Shown here piece by piece: positions 23,448 through 37,318 of a stretch of 64,000 bases of DNA. Origin of the DNA: Anolis carolinensis (taxonomy: Eukaryota). The notes below the pieces were generated by a model. That model made no database searches and was not told where the DNA came from. It worked only from the letters and a program-made list of their open reading frames with translations. The stretch lies in the NCBI RefSeq assembly GCF_035594765.1, contig NC_085841.1:225773326-225837325 (forward strand). The letters are read 5' to 3'. Both the position numbers and the translations under genes were made by a program. Position 1 is the stretch's first letter. Each line of letters begins with the position of its first letter.

Positions 23448-25135
23448 CTTAAAAATAATGTCAGTGCCACAGTGTTAGGAGCATTTTCATTGTGGTTTTA
23501 ACACAAAACAGTAGCAATCCTCAGTGGCCCCTTCTCAGGTTGCTCAAATGGACACAAACCCTTCACCATGACACTGTTGTTTTAATATTTTTCTCCCCAT
23601 TCTATAAGGCTGAAATGCTCTTTTAAGCCATTTTTATAACAAGAAGTAACTAAAAGTCAGTTACAGTTCTGACAAAAGATCTCCCAGGGTGTAGTAGCAG
23701 TTTGTGGTGGGTGGGCATGCAACCCTGAGTTGCACTCTCCCTACTCTGGTCGTAGGGGATTATCATGGTTGGTTGAACAGTTCTCCAGAACGATATAGTG
23801 CTTCAAATGGTACTTTGCATTTCCTACTACACAACAGAATCCTTCTGGGCCATCACTACATCACTCCTTTATCTACTCTGAATTTATTAAGCATTTCAAC
23901 AGACATTACTGTTTATTGAAAAGAGGAGAATGTGGGGGGGGGGGGCATCCTAGTAAAACAAAACAGTGAGGCAGCTCCCAAAGTCTTTTGCCATACATTG
24001 CATCTTCCAGACCTCCAATTATTGGGGACATCTTTTCCCTAAAAATCACCCAACGTGCACTATATGGCTGCAATTAGTTAAGCTCTCTACACACTTTCCC
24101 AATACCACCAACACCTTCAAAATTATCTATAAACTAACCAAAATTACATCAGGAGTGGCATGATGTCACTTCCACAGAGCTGATCATTCATTGGTTTAGA
24201 CTGTAGACCATGTAGTGGGGGTGGATCTTGCCCACTATACAGTTGTCATTGTAGAATTTTTGCAGTAAAAAACAACCACAAGATTTTAAAAAAGAAATTC
24301 CATGAAAAGTACACCTATTTGAAATCCCAGCCAGCCTGCTATGCTTCCTTCTCTTTTTAGGATAACTCATCCTCATCTCCCCAACTTGATCATTTCTCTA
24401 CATGGAACCATTCACCTTTTCATACCCACAGAACACATTCAGTCCTCATTAAAGTTTTTATTTGTTTCTTTTAGTTTTAGAGATAGTATCACAAAACTGG
24501 GTGCTCTTTCAAGCTTATTAATACAGTAATTCCCTATTCTGCACAGATGGTAACATTTTGGCTGCATGAGAACCCATACTTGGGGAATGAGTTCACTAAT
24601 AGTATATCAGATTTGGAAAAGTTGATGGAAAGTGTTGCCCCCACAGCTGAGACAGAGGGGAGAACAGCTACAGTTCTCTTCCAGTGCAATCCCTGTAAAT
24701 GAAATTACCATTATTAAAATGAATAAGATGCCAGATGAATATAAGGCTCTGAATTTTTCCCCTATTTTGGCAAAAAAACACTTTTATATGAGTACATATG
24801 TCTGCACAGCAATTGCCTTGACTCATTTTTCTCTCTTAAATATAACTGTGTAGAGCTACCAGTTAATGTGAAGCTCTGCTTTGATGCTCAAAAAGACAGA
24901 AGAACAGATCGTTTTTCCCTTTAAGTGCCACCACAGAATGTGGAAATAAGCTGTGTCTTGAAATCAAAGAGATAAACTCAGTCTTCATGACCTATTAAAC
25001 ATGCAGTCTTCGTTTTGTTTCAAAAGAATGTCTTTTAAAATTGAATCCACTAAACAAGAGATTAAATTTTTCAAATGTTCTAATCTATGTCATCAGTTTT
25101 CAAGAACACATATGTACACATTTTCCAACATCTCA

Positions 25136-25363
<228 letters not shown>

Positions 25364-27672
25364 TTATAAAAAGTAAGAAAAATTCAATTTCTGTTTAAAA
25401 CAATATTTTAGCAGTTTTTCATCTACCCTACATTTTACCATAAGAATTCAAAGCTCAATATTTCAAAGTTGTTATATTGTTCTCTTGGGCATTGCAGGAT
25501 ACCAGCTTTTCTATTAATGTATAATGCACTACATAATTTAAAATGCATGGAAGAAGTGCAGAACTACTATATAGTCAACCAGTGATACATTTCTTATTGT
25601 ATGGAAAAGCCTACCTATAGCTTGAAAGTAACTAGCCAGAATTTCTTTCTTCAGCAATAAAGCTACATTATGTAATAATATAAATGACAACAAAAAGGAG
25701 TGAAATTATCCCTTAATATATTACTGTAATGCAGCCAGAGATAATTTCACTTTTTTTTTGCAAACACAAGTATAACTGCTTTTACTTGCTTTGATAATCC
25801 TCAGAGTACAGTTATGTCTAACCTATAGCCCTGTAGATGTTCTGGGTTTTAGGTCCCAGAATTGGACAAGCTGCTCAGGGCTTTTGGGAGTTGGGAGTCC
25901 TAAGCACCTGGACACCACTGATGTACCACAGTCCGAAAGAGTCCGAAAAGAAATATATATATAGAACAGTTATATTAAAAAAAGAAAGAAAAAAGATAAA
26001 AGGATACAAATTAAAATGTTTCCTTTTGTGAACTTCCAATCCACATCCTTGCCATCCATGATGAAAATAAGTTCTGTTTCTATTGGTATGTTGTACTTTA
26101 TTGTGAATCTGCTTCCCTATGTGCCTAAAATACTTATTTTATCCCTTCTTTATGTTATTATTGATTTCTTCTCTTTCTTAATATAATCCAAGAAAGGTTG
26201 CCAATCTTTGCTTTTCTTCAGTAGCCCTTGTTGTTTTGTTACTAAACGCCACTTTTAAACCACTATGGGTTACAGCATTTTAAAAAGAACTAATGAAAAA
26301 AATCCACTCCACTTCTGAACAAGAGGAAAGTCAAGTTAATATTTAAATATTTAAACTATAAGGGAATGTACAACTGATCTTGTTAGGGACTGTGCAACTG
26401 AAATGGGAATTTATTAGTTTTGAAAGGTAAAGTTCAAATCTTTGCCTCTATCTCTGATTTCAAGTTGTGATTTTCTTTTTCTTTAAAAAGGAGACAAATT
26501 TAAGCTTTTATTCCTGCATGGCAGGGTTTGAACTGGTCTCTTCCAACTCTCTGATCTAGATTATGCTTACTTATGTAAATTCTTATGTGCAACGATACTG
26601 TGCTGGTTAGATAGCCTATATAATGTTCTGTGTCCTTACGTAGGAAACATCTAGTAAATAAATTTTGCATTGGGCGAATATGAAGCAGGAGAGTGCTTCT
26701 GTCATGCTTTATTTGCTCTCCTCAATCTCTTCAAATATTGGTAGTTTTGATGGGTTTATGAGAAGAACAAGTCCAAAGAAGAGCTGGGAACAGAACAAAG
26801 GAAAATTGTGTGTCCTGTACAATGGTCCACCCACTTTGATCTCGGCAGCCTGTGAAAATGTGCAGTTGTCACGACTCATGGATAGAACAGGGTCCTGTTT
26901 TTGACAACGCTAAAAATTTAGAACCACAACAATACAACATGTCAGAACAATTCTTCATATCCTTCCCCAAATTCAGTGCCAGGGGCTGGGAAATAGCTCA
27001 CTTCCTTGTTCTATGTGTAAGAACTAAATAGTTAAAAGACTGTTATACCACTTTTAACTTCCACAACTCTGTTCTATGAAATCCCAGGACATGCAGTTTA
27101 GGGGGAGGTACTTAGAATTCCTAGCCAGAGAGTTCCTCTAGTACCTTTGACTAAACTACAACTTCCACAGAATACAAGCACAGCAGTTAAAGCAGAATCA
27201 TAGCACAGTAAATATGTGGAATGAAAGGGAACTTAGTGGACACTAAACAGAATCTCTGCTCAATAGCACTATTAAAAACACCCTGGTATAATACACACAT
27301 TACTTGTACATGATATAAACTGACCAAAACTACAGAATTAACGATTCAGTATTTTCAATTAAGTAATCAGTATTTTTAATCATTTTATATGTTATTATTT
27401 AGGAATAGGGTGCACATGTCACTTCTCAATAAAAATCCATTTTTTAAAACTTTTATGAGCTTGGTCTTTTTGAGGGTTTTTAAAATTAGAATCTTATAAA
27501 TCGTAAATATAAATTATTTTCATGAAAAGCAACATTAACATTCTAGTGGCGCAAGCTGTGGTGAGCTGGTGAGCAGCCAGCTGCAGCCAGCTGAGACCAA
27601 TCACTCTGACCAAGAGGTCATGAGTTCGAGGCCAGCTCGGAGCCTGCGTTTGTCTTTGTCTTTGTTCTATGT

Positions 27673-29222
27673 CAGGGGTCCCCAAACTAAAGCCCGGGGG
27701 CCGGATGCGGCCCTCCAAGGTCCTTTACCTGGCCCCCACCCTCAGTTCTATTTATTTATTTATTTATTTATTTATTTCCAACATTTATATCCCGCCCTTC
27801 TCACCCGAAGGGACTCAGGGCGGCATACACAATTGGCAACAATTCGATGCCTACACATAATGAAAACATAGCAATGAAAATACAATTAAAACAATATAAA
27901 AATATAAATATAAGTTTTATAATATATTTTATATCAGTTTTAATAATATAATATATTGTATATGCATATAATATTGATAAAAATATTAAAATGTTATACA
28001 ATATAATACTAATAATACCATATAATAATATTAATTATATGTTATATATTACATATAATGCTAATATTGTGCTTTGCTAATAATATAATATATTGTATGT
28101 ACATACAGCTGCTCTGAGTCCCCTTCGGGGTGAGAAATGTGGGATATAAATGTAGTAAATAAATTTAGTAAATAAATAAATAATTTTAGACTTAGGCTCG
28201 CCCAAAGTCTGAAATGACTTGAAGGAACACAACAACTACAATCCTAATTAACTTGACTATCTCATTGGCCAGTAACAGGCCCACACCTTCCATTGAAATC
28301 CTGATAGGTTTATGTTGGTTAGAATTGTTTTCATTTTTAAATATTGCATTGTTCTTTCACTGTTGTTGTTTTCCACTACAAATAAGACATATGCAGTGTG
28401 CATAGGAATTTGTTCGTATTTTTTTCAAATGATAATTCGGCCCCTCAACAGTCTAAAGCAGGGGTCCTCAAACTTTTAAAGCAGAGGGCCGGTCCACAAT
28501 CCTTCAGACTGTTGAGGGGCTGAATGATCATTTGGGGGAAAAAACCAAACAAAATCCTATGCACACTGCACATATCTTATTTGTAGTGCAAAACAACAAT
28601 AACAATGAAAGAACAATACAATATTTTAAAATGAAAATAATTTTAACCAACATAAACCTATCAGGATTTCAATAAGAAGTGTGGGCCTGCTTCTGGCCAA
28701 TGAGATAGTCAGGTTAATTAGGATTGTTGTTGTTGTTTTGTGTCTTCAAGTGATTTCAGACTTTGGGCGAGCCTAAGTCCAAAATTATTTATTTATTCAT
28801 TTACTACATTTATTTACTACATTTATATCCCACCCTTCTCACCCTGAAGGGAACTCAAAGCAGCTGTATGTACATACAATATATTACATTATTAGCATAG
28901 CACAATATTAGCATTATACTATATTGAACTATACCACTATACTGTAATATTATATGCAATATATAACATATAATTAATATTATTATATGGTATTATTGTT
29001 AGTATTATATTGTATAAAATGATAATGTTCTTATCAATATTATATGTATATACAATATATTATATTATTAAAACGGATATCAAAATATTATATTATAAAT
29101 GAGGACGAGGGCCAGGTAAATTACCTTGGAGGGCCGCATCCGGCCTCCGGGCCTTAGTTTGGGGACCCCTGGTCTAAAGGATTGTGGACCGGCCCTCTGC
29201 TTTAAAAGTTTGAGGACCCCTG
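27673..29222 (+). mobile_element. hAT (Charlie/OC1-like, Buster family) non-autonomous element, outer copy
   Basis: TIRs CAGGGGTCCCCAAACT...AGTTTGAGGACCCCTG; 8-bp TSD ttctatgt (27665-27672 and 29223-29230). Confidence 0.92.
28459..29171 (-). mobile_element. Same hAT family, inner copy in inverted orientation
   Basis: TIRs CAGGGGTCCTCAAACT...AGTTTGGGGACCCCTG; 8-bp TSD gtctaaag (28451-28458 and 29172-29179). Confidence 0.92.
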
Positions 29223-29325
29223 TTCTATGTCAAGGCATTGAATGTTTGCCTTATATGTGTAATGTGATCCGCTCTGAGTCCCCTTCGGGGTGAGAAGGGC
29301 GGAATATAAATACTGTAAATAAGTA

Positions 29326-29648
29326 CAGTAGAGTCTCACTTATCCAACATAAACGGGCCGGCAGAATGTTGGATAAGCGAATATGTTGGATAATAAGGAG
29401 GCATTAAGGAAAAGCCTATTAAACATCAAATTAGGTTATGATTTTACAAATGAAGCACCAAAACATCATGTTAGACAACAAATTTGGCAGAAAAAGTAGT
29501 TCAATACACAGTAATGCTATGTAGTAATTACTGTATTTACGAATTTAGCACCAAAATATCACGATGTATTGAAAACATTGACTCCAAAAATGCGTTGGAT
29601 AATCCAGAACATTGGATAAGCGAGTGTTGGATAAGTGAGACTCTACTG
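29326..29648. mobile_element. Tc1/mariner-pogo MITE (orientation A) inserted in the SINE (taaa)n tail
   Basis: TIRs CAGTAGAGTCTCACTTATCCAA with TA TSD; aataaataaa resumes after 29650. Confidence 0.9.
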
Positions 29649-30548
29649 TAAATAAATAAATAGAAGTGTGCAAGTCTAGAGTTTGAAAAAAAACCCTCAG
29701 TTTTCCCATGCCACCACTGCCTGAGGTTGCCTCTATTCAAAATTTTACATGATTTTTCTGTACTTCTCTGCAACATACAGCGTGATATTGAATGGTAGCA
29801 AGTAATGCATTCAATGGAATTGCAGGAATTTATTTCCACAAGTGCTTAAACAATGGGAGGATCACAGTCACTCTCTTATTAATTCAAGTAAGGGCCATTT
29901 TTTGCTACCAAATGGGTAAAACCTGTAAAAAATATAAGCTATATACTGCCCAAATACCCACTCACCTCCAAGTACATTGGCAGTTGTGAATTAACAGGAA
30001 ACAGCTATTAAAGGTCAAACTACATATTATACCAGGCGGCAGATGAAATGTCACACGTTTGAATGTACTTCATCCTAAACAGACACACACACTTTATTTA
30101 TTTATTTACTGTACTTATACCCCACCTTTCTCACCCCCAGACATAAACATACTCCTCTCCATTAGTGAAAAGCCAGCATGTCAGGAATCTAGTCTATACA
30201 TCTTTACTGATGTACGAGCTTTCTTGAAGAAATAATTCTGTTTATAGGAAAAGCATTCAAATCTATAACTTTTCATCTGAGGCTGGAATGCCTCAAAACA
30301 TAGGGTAGCCTAAACCCAATCTAATGTAAGGCACAATTAATCTAAATGCTGCTGCACAGAACCAAAAGGTGAAGGATCTCAGAGGAAACCATAAACAAGG
30401 CAGTCATCAAATGTTTTGTATAATAGATCACTGAGTAGAATGAATGCCTTCTAGGGCTAAACAGGACTTTTAGCTATCAAGTAAACTCACAGAATTACTT
30501 ATTCTGCATTTAAAAATACTCTAACACATATAATAATAATTTTTTTAC

Positions 30549-30661
30549 CTAATATAGAGAACTCCATGTTGATCCACCCTCCGTTGCCAGCCAACCGGGA
30601 CCTGTACTGTCGGTAGCCCTCCATCTTTGTCCCCAACGTCACATTCCTTGCTTCCATTCAT
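30549..30661 (-). CDS. MBD5: MBD5 first coding exon (CDS part): [37 protein letters not shown](S), start of the MBD domain
   Basis: Manual reverse-complement translation from ATG at 30661 (aaaATGA context) closely matches the recalled human N-terminus [38 protein letters not shown]; 113 coding nt end at donor AG|gtaaaa (phase 2). Confidence 0.96.
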
Positions 30662-31212
30662 TTTTAAAATTCTGCTTGTGACTCCTCAAAGATATCAACA
30701 ATGAGATGATATCATTTTATATGTCTTCATGGCCTTCTGAAGATGGCCATACAGTACAGTAATTCCCAGCGTGTACAAAGTGCATTGGGAAATTTCTGGC
30801 TCACTCCATGAAATCTCCCATTTTGCTGACAAGTCAGTTGCCCATACTGATTAATATCAAGTATGAAATGCTTTATTCCTTATATAGTCATACGGACAGC
30901 CTAGTTGGGTAAAAATGAATGTTTCCAGCTTGGGAAAATCATAATTCATCAATGCTCTGTTACTGGCCAGGAAGAGAGATTTTTTCTTAGTTCAACAGCA
31001 TGACTCCAAATTGATCATTGTCTAGGTGAATTTGCATTTTGAGAAAATAAGTATCATTTTTCCAGGTGAAGCACAACCAAGATCTGCAAATATTAAATCC
31101 TTTTTAAATGCCACAATCTTTTTGTTTTCTTGTCCTCTTCCATTCGTTGTCCAAGATACTCCTGGACATTCCTTGTGATTCTCTCATGATGATACAGCTT
31201 CAATGTTCAAAC
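30662..31212 (-). other. MBD5: MBD5 5'-UTR portion of the ATG-containing exon (551 nt)
   Basis: Strong acceptor ttttcttccttttag|G at 31213-31214 and no obvious TE sequence down to the ATG; length resembles the long UTR part of the human ATG exon as recalled. Confidence 0.75.
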
Positions 31213-32119
31213 CTAAAAGGAAGAAAATATAAACTATTAAAATGTTAAACTGATACTATCAGTATCAAAACAATGACACGTCAGTAAGTACTATCAAAAT
31301 ATATGACTTATCTATTATGACTGGTGCACTCAAGAAGTTGGATAACACTAAAATTACACTTCTGCTACATTTTTCAGCTTTCTCCGATGCAAAGTCTAAA
31401 TGTTTGAATGATTAAGTTTAAACTGTACTTACTACAGGGATTGGCCTAACAAGTTTTGTTGGACAGCTCTAATTAGCCTTGAAAAGCGTGAAACATGATG
31501 TCAGTATATCTTGTAAGAACATAATAAGAGCCCAGAGCATATCTAGACCAACATTTTGTTTGGAGGCTGCCTCAATGGGTGCAACTATATCCCTCTTGTT
31601 TTCTACAGTAATTGTATGTACCCCCCCCCCCCCAAATGTATACACCCTCAACAGGATTAAAGATTCTAATAGTAGTGTCACATATTTACAAGACAAACAT
31701 GATGTGAGGTTTGCAACTCTGTGCTTTAACAATACAAGCAGTGAATTGTAGGGATGACAATCTGAACATCTTACATAAAATTGCAATTAAAGATCCAATT
31801 TGTAACTCTGATTTAATATTGATAATATTATGTATTCACCATATGTACTATTAACTGTTTTTAAAGTATATACAATTTTATGAAAATCACTATAGCTACA
31901 GTTTTTTAAAATAGTATTTTTTTCAATCACCTTTCTCACAGAACCACCAGTGGCTTATCATAGAACTCAAGGATTCTAGAGAATCTTGATTGAAAAATCC
32001 TATCCTAGAGGAATGTAAGCAGGTTGCAATGTAATGCAGTTTAACATACCTAGTCCATGTAATGGATCTTTGACTCCATGCACTTGAAAAATGAGACCCA
32101 TAACTTGATGCAAAACAAA

Positions 32120-32439
32120 GGTAAAGGTAAAGATTTTCCCCTGACACTAAGTCTAGTTGTTTCCGACTCTGGGGGTCAGTGCTCATCTCCATTTCTAAGC
32201 CAAAGAGCCGGTATTGTCCGTAGACACCTCCAAGGACATGTGGCCAGCATGACTGCATGGAGCGCCATTACCTTCCTGCCAGAGCAGTACCTATTGATCT
32301 ACTTACATTTGCATGTTTTTGAACTGCTAGGTTGGCAGAAGCTGGGGCTAATAGTGGGAGCTCACCCTGCTCCCAGGATTCAAACTACTGACCTTTCGGT
32401 CAGCAAGCGGTTTAACTTGCTACGCCACTAGGGGGCTCC
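32120..32439 (-). mobile_element. Sauria SINE, essentially full length
   Basis: (acctt)t-type tail, typical body, 12-bp TSD atgcaaaacaaa (32108-32119 and 32440-32451). Confidence 0.9.
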
Positions 32440-34973
32440 ATGCAAAACAAATTAAGGGGTAAATCCCTGATGAAATACTGCTCCAGGCAATATATTAGGA
32501 AGGAACATAAATCAATCTGCCTAAAACAGGGAACTGCACACTGTCCATAAGGATGACTTCTCATCCCCTCTGAGTGGACACTCTTACTCACTATCAACAT
32601 ATTCCCTCTGTAATGAGTCAGATAAGAAGTAAGTGCCAACCACAAGGGTTAGAAACAGGTGGAAGAAAACATGGTGATGCATTTTCTACTGCTCCCAACC
32701 AAAATATTGTGAAAGAATATAGAACATTAGAAAAATGCAGCTCTGAGTCTCCTTGTTTGCTTATGCAAAACTCTGTACAGTCATTTCCTTTTACTATCTT
32801 TCACCACCACACCACAAAGCAAGCGGTTCACACACTCTGCCTAGAAAGTCCCAAACTGGGCTGTCTCCACATTTAAACATTTGATTTACGAACTTCACTG
32901 ACTTTTAATTAAAAGGCTAGGGGTTGGAATTATCTTGCTAATTAATTAGCTAAGTTATTAATTTACTACATTTTCCTAGCAATTTCCCTAAAGTGAGTTC
33001 CTAATTAGCATTGGAAAAAATATTTTAGTTACTGCTTTAGTAAAGCACTGGAAAGTTATGCTAGAACAGCCAGTGTGGTATAATGGCTCAAATGTTCAAC
33101 TGCGACCCAGGAGAACAGGGTTTAAATCCCTGCTTGGTCATAAAAATCTGTGATGTGGCCTGGGGTAAGTCACTCTCTCTCAGCCTCAGAGGAAGGCAAA
33201 GGCATAAAACCTCTGAGCAACTCTAGCTAGGAACTTCGTAATAGGTTTGCCTTACAGTTGCCGTAAGTCAGAAATGACTTAAAGGCACACAAAAAAGCAA
33301 CATCAATTATACCAGTAACCATGCTGTTTTGGGAGTTCTAGGAATGTTGATCTAAATTGTAACTTGTTCAAGCTCAGGTCCTAATGTTACAGGAAGTGGA
33401 GAGTAACCAATGACTGAGGAATGGCTGCAGTTTCAGCACAAGTTTTAAATGTGCAAAGGCACTCCTGGCTACTGCAGAAACCTGGGTCTCACTGAGCCTT
33501 GTATCTTCAGGGGGAGTGTAACCCCATCCAGCACAGGCTGGATCTGTATTTAATGATCTGCCTTCTGACTGACCAGGAGCACCTCTGGATTACATTACAA
33601 TTTGTTTGCCATCATTCAGTCAATTACTGATGACAAATACTGGTTTAGGGTCAGGACAGTTTCCTTGGATTCAGGTGGAAAGGAGTAGTAGATGTCGGTG
33701 ACATCTGCATATAGATGGCACCACACTCCAAAACTCTGGATGACCTCTTTCCCAGTGGTTTTATATAGATGTTAAAAAGCATGTGAGGGACATAAAAGAG
33801 AGCTGTGACGTCAGCAGCCAGGGGTTCGAACAGGAGTTCCCCAGCACCACCCTTTGGGTTGACTCCTCCAGAAAGGAATTGATTTACTATAAAACAGATC
33901 CTCCAAGTCCCATAATATAGGAGAATGTATCACTTACTTGAAAATTGACTTTCAGGGGAGTGGTATATTGCTCTGTTGTAGCAGAAACAACAAAGACTCT
34001 TGTCAAATTTTACCAACTTTTTATTTACACGGACTACAACCCATTTTTTCAGATGTGTGGGGTAGAAAATTAATGTGTGCTTTTTTTAATACTGCTTCAG
34101 AACTTTAAAAAAGTACATTTCAAAGAAATAAATATTAACCATAAATTCCACATTACAAAGATCAAACATGTACAAAAGCCAAATCGCCATATTCTTATCA
34201 TGCTAAGAAACTGTGAGGCTGTGCAGATAAGGCTGGGTCAGTTCTCAGTTGTTCTTATTTAGGCTTACAGGGCAAAGGAGTTTGAAATATGAAATATTAC
34301 TAAAAAAATGAAAACCCTTCCACAAACCATAGGCACTAGAGTAACTAGGAAAAGATCTGGCACCCGTTGTCATTCAGTGGTAAAATACTGATAATTCATT
34401 GGACTGAGTAGAGTGCACAAACTCGCACATCACCATTTCAGAAGTTTTTACTAATGTCTGTCCTCAGTATTTAATAATATTGAGTAGAGACAACATTCAA
34501 GATCTTCCTATTATGGTATCTGTGACTTGTGAAGTATGATAAACAGCAGAAGTAATGCCCATAATTGTCTGTGGGGAATGTGCTTATATATGTGCTTATA
34601 TACATATTTTGCCAGTACCGTAAGTTGGCACAAAATGCTGACTTCTTCAGCTAAGACTGTCATCTTTAGACCAAGTCTATTTTTTGTCAAGCCTTTTAAC
34701 CTTGAGAAGCGTTTGAAGTTGGACTGCAGACAGCACCAGGGTTTTAGCAATGTAAAAATAGGAACATGTGTGTGCTTTTAAGCATAAGCCACTTAGCATT
34801 AAAATTTCAATTTCCCCCTTCCTACCTTCAGGAATAAATGCTGCAAAGAACACAGGAAGACCCACAAAATACACATACTGAATAATGCCAGCAATGGTAT
34901 CATAGAAAGTATTCATAGTGCTCCCACAACCTTCCAAATGGTAGTTTTCTGTTCAAGGATGACAATACTACCC

Positions 34974-34976
<3 letters not shown>

Positions 34977-35021
<45 letters not shown>
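34977..35021. repeat. (CA)n microsatellite
   Basis: Directly visible, about 22 units. Confidence 0.97.
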
Positions 35022-35023
<2 letters not shown>

Positions 35024-35234
35024 CTATTTTCAGTGGGTGCTGAGGAGGAGTGGGGGAAAGACAGCTTATTACTTTAATGTAATTACTTTAATATAATATA
35101 ATGCAGTGTAATTGGGTAGGGTGCATTATGGCATATGAACAGAAATCACGAAGGCTTTCCAACAGAGCTTTCTTGCCTATACCATTTTCAGTGTATATAT
35201 AATTCAAATAATCATGCATTTCCCAATTAAGTTG

Positions 35235-35471
35235 TTCTTTCATAGCAAGTAGGGCTGGCCTGTATTTATTTTCCACAAATCTTCTTAAGATAGAAAGATA
35301 GACCAGAAAATTATTATTTTTTCCATTTTTCTTCGGGGCCTAATGACTGATTCTTTCATAGCAAGTAGGGCTGGCCTGTATTTATTTTCCACAAATCTTC
35401 TTAAGATAGAAAGATAGACCAGAAAATTATTATTCTTTCATGTTTCTTCGGGGCCTATTGACTGATTCTTT
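35235..35471. repeat. 116-bp tandem duplication
   Basis: ttctttcatagcaagtagggctggcc...cttcggggcct occurs at 35235 and 35351. Confidence 0.95.
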
Positions 35472-36929
35472 GAAAGTAGATGATATATTTCCAAGCTTTA
35501 TGCCACATTGTTGCCAGCAACCAGTGACCAGCTAGTACCCCCCCCCCCTTCAAGGGTTTTTTAAACTGTATTTTATTAAATACACAGGTAATATATCTTA
35601 GCCGATGTACCATGATATTAACCATGCTATTAGGTAAAGGTAAGATATGGCCTTTTTATTAAGGCACTCACTTTTTAAAATGTAACTTGGTCTCATCAAA
35701 ATCATTGAGGATTTCTTGCTATCCAAAACAAACAGCTTGTTCTGTTCCAAAGGTTCAAATAATATTAAATGGTAGCTATGTGCTGGGTACATAGCTTCTG
35801 TCTCTATTGTTTGAGAAAGATTTATGGAATTAAGCTCCCATCCGTGAAGATTCCCTTCTGAGTATGGAAAAGAAAATATTCTCCATCTGACTGGTGTTTA
35901 TTTAAAGCTGCAAAAGCCTATTTTGTTTGCATGCGCACACACGCACTTGCAAGCATACAAACACAGTATGAGCGAATGCCTAATGTAAAACCATGCAACT
36001 GCAAGAATAGAAACCTGAAAAGAATAGGATCTGAAAAGAAAGACTCCTATCCTATAAATTTAGCTAATAAAACAAGGTCTCAACCGCCACCAGGTTAAAT
36101 GGTTCTCTCTTGTTAATTTAGGTTAGTTCAACTGACTCAGCAAAATATTGGAGAATGAAGTAATGAAAATCGTAGATATATTGAGGCCATGTTTTGATTA
36201 TAAATATATACTGAATTCATCTGCAATTTAAAAAGCAAGTCTGAAATGCAATCTAATAACTTGAAGGCATTGCTAGGCATATAAAGGTTTACTTGAAAAT
36301 ACATACACTTTTGTGGCAAAGCTATTCACAGAACATACATATAGTAAATTCAGTTGCTAGGAGTGAGTATAACCACATGAAAGATAGATGTGTCTAAGAC
36401 TGCAAATTTAAATAGATGTATTAGGTCATGAAGTCTAAGTAAGCATGCTGAGGACCAGGTTATCCTTCTGTTCCTAGATAGATAAATTGTAGATTTCAAA
36501 ACTGTTCAAAAAACATAAGCTTCTTATGTGGAAATTTTCTTCATGTATGGTGATTCTTAGTATTCACTCTGAGATTAAGTCAATATATTCTGCAGAGGCT
36601 CAGAAATAGGAAGTCCTTTTTGAAGATTTTAGGCTGAACCTGGCTTTCAGGCCCAGGGCGAGAGCCCTAATGCCAATTAAGCACTGCATAAAAGGATCTG
36701 TTTACAACAAATTTTGATGTATTTCACAACAAATAATAGTTATGTGTTAACAAGAATCATGAGAAATTACTATATTACTGGTGTAGCAAGGGCAAAAGAC
36801 ACAACCAAATAGTCACAGAATAGTGCAATAAAGTATCAGCCACATATTAACAAAATCTATCACATTCTATATTTTTATAGAAGTTTGGGTTAGAGTATTT
36901 TTAAGGCAGAAAAAGAGGTTAAATAAATA

Positions 36930-37318
36930 GTAATAACTATATATTCTCAAATAGAGTTGAGGGCAGGGTTTGGGGCCAAAATTATGAATTTTGAGATGAC
37001 CCACGGTTTACTTGTGGGTGACTTTGTGTAGACAGGAATGCCCAATGCTGCCCCAGGGGGTCAGTCCTGGCATTCAAAAAGTCCAGAGGTTGTGTCACAG
37101 TTGAGAAAGTAAATGGGATTGATACTTCTTTGGGGTATTCCCAGAATGGACTACGCTCTTGCTTTTTGCCACACTAGGTGGAGAAGGGGGTGGTGACTTT
37201 TTCATTATTTTTTAAAGAATTAAGTACAGTACTACCTTAACCCGTGGATAAGTCACCTAAGGTTTTGGGATTGACTTATTGACTAAATTTTTAAACTTGT
37301 ACACCAGTATATACGGTA
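36930..37318. mobile_element. Tc2/pogo-like DNA transposon relic
   Basis: Ends ...gtatatacgg|ta (CCGTATATAC-type TIR) with internal gataagtc/gacttat; left boundary uncertain. Confidence 0.45.

Larger units (their letters stand above)
27545..29323 (+). mobile_element. tRNA-derived SINE with L2-type tail, split by nested hAT MITEs (SINE parts 27545-27672 and 29223-29323)
   Basis: A box tggcgcaagc, B box gagttcgagg, tail gagtccccttcggggtgagaagggcggaatataaat; the halves rejoin across the TSD ttctatgt. Confidence 0.85.
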
